Position numbers and translations under genes: made by a program
Assembly (NCBI GenBank): GCA_964016885.1
Contig: OZ024741.1
Span: forward strand, 130,448,001-130,512,000
Reading direction: 5' to 3'
Length of the DNA: 64,000 nt
Source of the DNA: Eledone cirrhosa
Taxonomy: Eukaryota
Notes under the pieces: model-generated
Database searches by the model: none
Told to the model about the DNA's origin: nothing
The model's input: only the letters and a program-made list of their open reading frames with translations
Shown: positions 57,015 to 64,000 of the stretch, in pieces
Position numbering within the stretch: the stretch's first letter is position 1
Layout of the letters: each line of letters starts with the position of its first letter

Positions 57015-57177
57015 CAAACACATTCACACACGCGCCCACTTACACACGTAGACACACTTACACGCACGCACACACAGGCAGGCACATACACAACAAACAT
57101 ACATAATGGTACATACACGCAACATACAAATACATACATACACATATACATATATATGTGTACATTCATACGCATAC

Positions 57178-57220
<43 letters not shown>

Positions 57221-57228
57221 TATATATA
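57015..57228. repeat. Degenerate (CA)n/(CATA)n/(AT)n compound microsatellite
   Basis: Directly visible. Confidence 0.9.
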
Positions 57229-57911
57229 CTAGCAGTAATGCCCGGCGTTGCTCGGGCTGCTCGGTAGTTGTGTTAAAGTTACAATGTTAAGTTCCTTTCT
57301 TGGCTTAAAAACTGTAGAGTCTACAGTGTAGACTTTAATGTGGTACTTTTGATTAATATTCCCTCAACCAACAGTATGCCTTATGAAGTTAAGAAAACAT
57401 AACCATAACCCGAATGTTAAAACAAAAGAGGATGCTGGGTATAAAAACTGCACTGGTAATCTATTAACAAAAATCGAAAATGTAAACATTGCAACACTTG
57501 TCTCAGAGGAAAACATCAGCATAACCAAACTATCAGTTATTTTGAAACAAAGAAATCGGATGGACAAGAAAAAAAAAAAAAAAGCGTTATCTGTCAGTCG
57601 TTTAAAATCATTGCTTCTAAATGAAAATCTCATAAGGCTTTATTCGAGACAATGCATTTTTTTTCAAAATATTTGCTTGATTTACGTTGTATTCAAATAG
57701 GCTTGTTTTCAAGTAAAAATAGTGTCTTAAAAGACTTTTTAATGGAAATGAAGCAAAATGGAAGATTAATGTTGAAACTTCGAACTCATGAATTTTGCAG
57801 GTTAAAATTTTGCTGGTCCGAAAACTGTTCGCGTATTTTTGTACTTTTGCACGCGTCGTTTATTCCATAAAAGGGAAATAACTCGTCTCTCATCTTTATT
57901 TATATATTTGA
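57229..57911 (-). mobile_element. Non-autonomous Helitron (second family, about 680 bp); 5' end approximate
   Basis: Minus-strand 3' end: hairpin GCCCGAGCAACGCCGGGC (57240-57257), then ATTACTGCTAG|T at 57229/57228. Putative 5' end TCAAATATATAAATAAAGATGAG near 57911, where the flanking base is not the canonical A. Confidence 0.7.
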
Positions 57912-57953
57912 ACTGAAAAATCAATACATTACAAATTCGATAAATACATTACA

Positions 57954-58515
57954 AAAACGATAAACGGAAAAAATGAAACAAAATTTCATTTCTCACTCTT
58001 AGTACGGCTGTTACTTAAATATAAGTATGTATACGTACATACATATATGTGAGAAATGAAATTTCATTTCATTTTTTCCATTTATCGTTTTCGGTGCGCC
58101 CGGCCGATTAACTCACTCGATATGAAAATTAGGCTGCTCAGCCGTTAATATGGATAAGGAAAGTATATACTTTCAGACGTTCAATCATCTGGCAGGAAGG
58201 TATACGGTGCTGACGATAGCTAATAAGCTTGAAACTAGTACATCGTTGCTTTGTCAGTGTTGAACAAAAGGGCAACGATGGTTGATAAACACTGTACGGT
58301 TTAATTCGGGATGTTTCTTTACAAACAAACTAAGCATTATAATAAATGCTAGGTAAATCCATACGTACATATATATATATATGTGTGTGCATGTATGTAT
58401 ATATATATACATACTACTGTACGTCTGTATACATATATGTATGTACGTATACATACTTATATTTAAGTAACAGCCGTACTAAGAGTGAGAAATGAAATTT
58501 CGTTTCATTTTTTCC

Positions 58516-58520
<5 letters not shown>
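57954..58520 (+). mobile_element. Hammerhead-bearing unit, family B, with terminal direct repeat and a 5' inverted segment
   Basis: GTGAGAAATGAAATTTC(A/G)TTTCATTTTTTCCATTTA is repeated directly at 58049-58085 and 58485-58520 (unit about 436 nt). 57961-58050 is the reverse complement of 58431-58520. Hammerhead at 58204-58246. Confidence 0.65.
58204..58246 (+). ncRNA. Minimal type I hammerhead ribozyme (family B)
   Basis: ACGGTG CTGACGA T AGCT AATA AGCT T GAAA CTAG TA CATCGT. Stem I is ACGGTG/CATCGT (one G-U); core CUGACGA and GAAA; stem II AGCT/AGCT; stem III reduced to the palindrome ACTAGT; GUA cleavage after 58240. Confidence 0.8.
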
Positions 58521-58564
<44 letters not shown>

Positions 58565-58659
58565 CATATACAGATACATACACATACATACACACATACA
58601 CACATGCACACACACTTATATACATATATATATATATATACATACGTACACCTGTACAT
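58519..58659. repeat. (AT)n/(CATA)n/(CA)n compound microsatellite
   Basis: Directly visible. Confidence 0.9.
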
Positions 58660-59131
58660 ACCTGGAATATATATTAAGAGAAACTTCACTATAGGAGGTT
58701 CACGCCAACACTTGAATCTGTTCATAGAACCTTTTCTGCCTTTGTCACCCTCATTTTAGTCTTAAAGAATTAGCTTCTAAAGAATTTCACTTCTTTTTTA
58801 AACCATTGAACCCCACCCATCCTGTAGACACCTGTCTTACAGGCATTCTTACTTTAAGTGATAAACAAGGATTGGTATTCCAATTTTGAACTTGTTTACA
58901 GTATTCTTTCTGCCTTTGTTAATATTATAGCTTTAAAGAATTAGATTTTAATGAATCCCCTTTCTTTAAATCCTTCAACCAATGACCTACACCCATCCCA
59001 ATCCCCACCCTCTCCTACCACCAGATAAGGAAACACATAAATACTACCATTTACTTGGGCAGCCGGCTTCCTGATGATTTCTCACGAATGAAACAGTTCT
59101 AGTCCTGTAGAAGCTCTTCTATATTAAAACT
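58660..59131 (+). mobile_element. Hammerhead-bearing Penelope-like pLTR or retrozyme-like unit, family A, right copy
   Basis: Inverted copy of 56538-57009. Internal diverged duplication (CTTT.CTGCCTTTGT....TTAAAGAATTAG near 58731 and 58906). Hammerhead near the 3' end, ATTAAA at 59123-59128, then (TA)n. Confidence 0.7.
59065..59115 (+). ncRNA. Minimal type I hammerhead ribozyme (family A, right copy)
   Basis: GGCTTC CTGATGA T TTC TCAC GAA T GAAA CAG TTCTAGTC CTG TA GAAGCT. Stem I has 5 WC pairs plus 1 G-U; GUA cleavage after 59109. Confidence 0.85.
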
Positions 59132-59139
59132 ATATATAT

Positions 59140-59228
59140 AATTGAAAAGTGGAGAATAACATGGTCAATAGTTTAAAAAAGCGGATTTATTTGCACTGTT
59201 GACCATGTTATTCTCCACTTTTTCAATT
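59140..59228. repeat. Near-perfect inverted repeat, 33-bp arms with a 22-nt loop
   Basis: AATTGAAAAGTGGAGAATAACATGGTCAATAGT (59140-59172) pairs with ACTGTTGACCATGTTATTCTCCACTTTTTCAATT (59195-59228); one bulge and one T/G pair. Confidence 0.9.
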
Positions 59229-59390
59229 TTATTACTCCAAGATAAACTTACATAGGAATACAAGTGAAATCATAAACTCGTCACCTACGTAAACCTATTG
59301 TTGAGTCAAGCAACGCCGTACGCTAAAGCTATCCATAATAAGAAGTATTCACAACCTCTAATTGGATTACCTATAACGATATTTTGTTAT

Positions 59391-61012
<1,622 letters not shown>

Positions 61013-61357
61013 GCATACTAAGTTCATGCAATTTTCCGGATACTGACTCCAAACTTCCGACAAACCATCCCCGCTACCATCCTATAACAACTATCACCAC
61101 CATTACCGACCTCACCATCTAAACAAACCCCAGCCATTCCCCGACTTCCCCAGTTAGACTGTACCTCCGCCCCACACATAGACACACTTAACTACATCAA
61201 ACATATAATTACAACAATTAGTGCCAAGGGACTAGCTGAACTTGCAGAAATCTGCGTGGTCTTTGAAACATTGAGAGTATATATTTATATATTTATATAT
61301 TTGATTTTAATATTTTGATATTTATATACGCATTTATCATCCACATCATGGTTGGTA

Positions 61358-61365
61358 TCACCATC

Positions 61366-61424
<59 letters not shown>

Positions 61425-61591
61425 CATCCCCATCCTCATCATCATCATTTTCATCATCGCCATCGTGATCATCACCATCATATATATCTACACTTATGAA
61501 TATCGCCATCAACATCATAGTCAGTCATCATCATTATCATCAACAACATGATGATGATGATGATGATCATCATCATCATCATTATCATCAT
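61358..61591. repeat. (CAC)n/(CAT)n/(GAT)n trinucleotide repeat
   Basis: Directly visible; includes a short inverted (GAT)n/(CAT)n arrangement at 61548-61582. Confidence 0.9.
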
Positions 61592-62018
61592 AACTGTTGA
61601 CATTTGTCTAGAAATTGCTTATTTGAAGGAAAGACAAAAAGAAGAGGGGAGGGAAAGAGGAAGGGACGAGAAGAAGAAGTAGTAGGACATAATTTAATGA
61701 CGAACACAATGTCGACGGCCGTTCTTAGCATTTAACTCTATTTTTTGTTATTCTTTCTCTGACGGCGTTCAAAAATTACTTATTGAAGCACGCAATACCA
61801 AAACTCTCTTCTACTCGATCCCCTCACAACAAAACCCTCCCGAAGGGCAAACAAAATTGCTATCAAATATCTCTCATATCACACCACACCTTTTTTACAC
61901 TTTCATGGCCATATTTCTAAAGAAATATACTCTAATTCAATTAATTAACGAATAATTAATTATGTCATTATTAAGATAGTAACTTAATATATAGTTCTTA
62001 TAGAAAATTATGTTCAGA

Positions 62019-62158
62019 AGATTTTAATTTAAATAGGAATACTTTAAAATGGGTGGTTCTCTTCCATAGACGCAGACACGTTTAAACTGGACTGGTTCTT
62101 ATATAAAATTATACTGGCAGATTTTAATTTAAATAGGATCACTTTAAGACGGATGGTT
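62019..62158 (+). repeat. About 40-bp direct repeat at 100-bp spacing
   Basis: AGATTTTAATTTAAATAGGA..ACTTTAA.A.GG.TGGTT at 62019 and 62119. Confidence 0.7.
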
Positions 62159-62390
62159 GAGTCGCATAAATGCTTCTTCAACCAGACTGACATCATTGCG
62201 CTTCCAAAACCAGACAAATGTGTAGATTATCAAAAGAACTCCAAACCAGACTCGATCGAAGCATGCCGGCTTCATTTCTTTCAAGCCTTCGCATTTTCTC
62301 TGCAATCAATGCCTATGTTTAATTACCATGTAACACCGCACAACGCATATTGATATTATGCAGCCGAAAATTCGTTTACAGAAAAAAATT

Positions 62391-62975
62391 TTTTGTTGTC
62401 AACAGAAGTAGTAGCTCCCTGAACTTTCTCCTTCCTGTTCTTATTCTAGCTACTATGCTCTTAGAGCAACCTCCTCCACTGCTAATTATGCCATCTAGGT
62501 AGCAGACTCTACCAACCATTTATATGGATCCTTCATGGGATTGAAAAAGTTTATTTCCTTGATGCTCTCACTACCAACTATCTATGTGCATCTGCAACAT
62601 ACAATGTCTATTTTCTTTTCTGTTAGTTTGCCTACTATCCCACTACACCTGTTAGGAACCCAGGATTTACATAATGTATATCGCATAGAATTCCTATCTA
62701 CTCGGTTTCTACATATCAAACAAAGACACTTCTTGATAGGATCAGCGTCCTGTCTTCTTTCTTACTTAGTAAAACTTTGGTCTTTACAAAGTATACCCTG
62801 AGACCTTTTGATTCTAAGTTTTGTTTTCACAACCGGATTTTTCCCTCAAGCCCTTCCACTGATTCAGTTTATAAACCAGGTCATCAGCATATAAAAATTC
62901 CCATGGGTAGCCAGTCTTAAATTCGCTCTTATAACAACAAAAAGGAGTGGACTGAGGAGAGCCATGATAACCACA
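62391..62975 (-). mobile_element. Degenerate RTE-clade non-LTR retrotransposon fragment (reverse transcriptase C-terminal half with Cys-rich insert)
   Basis: Minus-strand translation across frameshifts gives LSPLLFVVI ... EFKTGYPWEFLYADDLV ... LESKGLRVYFVKTKVL ... CLICRNRVDRNSMRYTLCKSWVPNRCSGI ... CCRC ... VCYLDGIISSGGGCSKSIVARIRTGRRKFRELL. This contains the RT motifs SPLLF and YADD and an RTE-type thumb region, with several stops and frameshifts. Confidence 0.9.
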
Positions 62976-63676
62976 AGGGGCCTCGTTTGCCTTAAAAATA
63001 TGAGGGGAACAAACCAACATTTGTTGATTTTTAAAGGAACGTAAATTGCTATGGTGCCTTTCCCGGACCCTATCATATAAGGAAAATTTTACGCTAATTA
63101 AATTTTATATATTCAAATGAAGTTTAGATATAAAAAAAAATAAGCTTAAAAAGAATTTATTATATCAAATAAGCAAATAATAAAATATAAACGTTTGAAA
63201 AAGTGTGTGTGTAGGGGGGGGGGACTTGTCCCCTGGTATCCCACAGAAACAAGGCGCTTGATAACCACCTACCAGCACATTGAATTCCTCACTAAACTAA
63301 TTACCTGCTCACACAGAGAGCTCTTCTGTAAATAACTTGCACTGTCCTCACAAGACATTCCTCTATACATAGCTTCCATTTTACCGACCACGCAGAATGC
63401 CTGTGCTTTTTTTCGAGGCTAATAACATGAAGTTGTAAATCTGCCATCGACTTGTCTACAATTTTGCCCTTTGAAACTATCGTAAATCAATGAATTAATT
63501 TACTACTGCATCTGGTCTTATTCTTTCATTGTTTTACATTATATATGTAATTCTGTAATTCCGGATACTCACTGATATGTAATGGAATATAACTCTTCCA
63601 CAAAAATAGATTCACTTTTGATAGGATATTCACATGAACACTGCATCGAGTTCTACAATGGTTATATATCATACCT

Positions 63677-63678
<2 letters not shown>

Positions 63679-63746
<68 letters not shown>
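63679..63746. repeat. (AT)n(GT)n microsatellite
   Basis: Directly visible. Confidence 0.95.
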
Positions 63747-63747
<1 letters not shown>

Positions 63748-64000
63748 AGTTTGCATGTGTATATCTGCATCTGTGTGCATGTTTCTGTGTCTGTATGTGT
63801 ATACACATGTGAAAATATTTCAGATACAACATGAGTGACATGCGATGTCTGGGGCATTAATCACCCAGAGGTCAGTGTTTTCGAGGTAGTTCAATTTACA
63901 GCAAATACTTATCTGTTAATATAACCTATTGACTTCAACAGAATCAACAGAATTAGTGTGTGTATGTGTGTGAGTGTGTGTGGGTGTATGCACGTGCGCT

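Overview
Eukaryotic, AT-rich, essentially non-coding DNA. The repeat landscape (dense (AT)n/(CA)n/(CATA)n microsatellites, tRNA-headed SINEs, an RTE LINE relic) looks like a coleoid cephalopod such as Octopus; this is inference, not a database match. Bases 1-51116 are one uninterrupted head-to-tail satellite array of a 54-bp monomer (about 946 copies, running off the left edge) with layered, variable-length higher-order repeats. All long ORFs in the track are translation artefacts of that monomer or of microsatellites. The 13-kb flank (51117-64000) holds SINEs (including a tandem trimer), two non-autonomous Helitrons, a degenerate RTE reverse-transcriptase fragment with a PHD-like Cys insert, a 41-bp minisatellite, a palindromic MITE-like hairpin and one GC/CpG-rich possible exon. 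The most interesting signal is at 56.5-59.2 kb. Three minimal type I hammerhead ribozyme motifs from two unrelated sequence families (Penelope-like pLTR or retrozyme-like units, no ORF) sit in nested inverted-repeat architecture: a 472-bp, about 98% identical inverted pair encloses a Helitron and a second hammerhead unit that has its own direct and inverted terminal repeats. No intact protein-coding gene can be supported.
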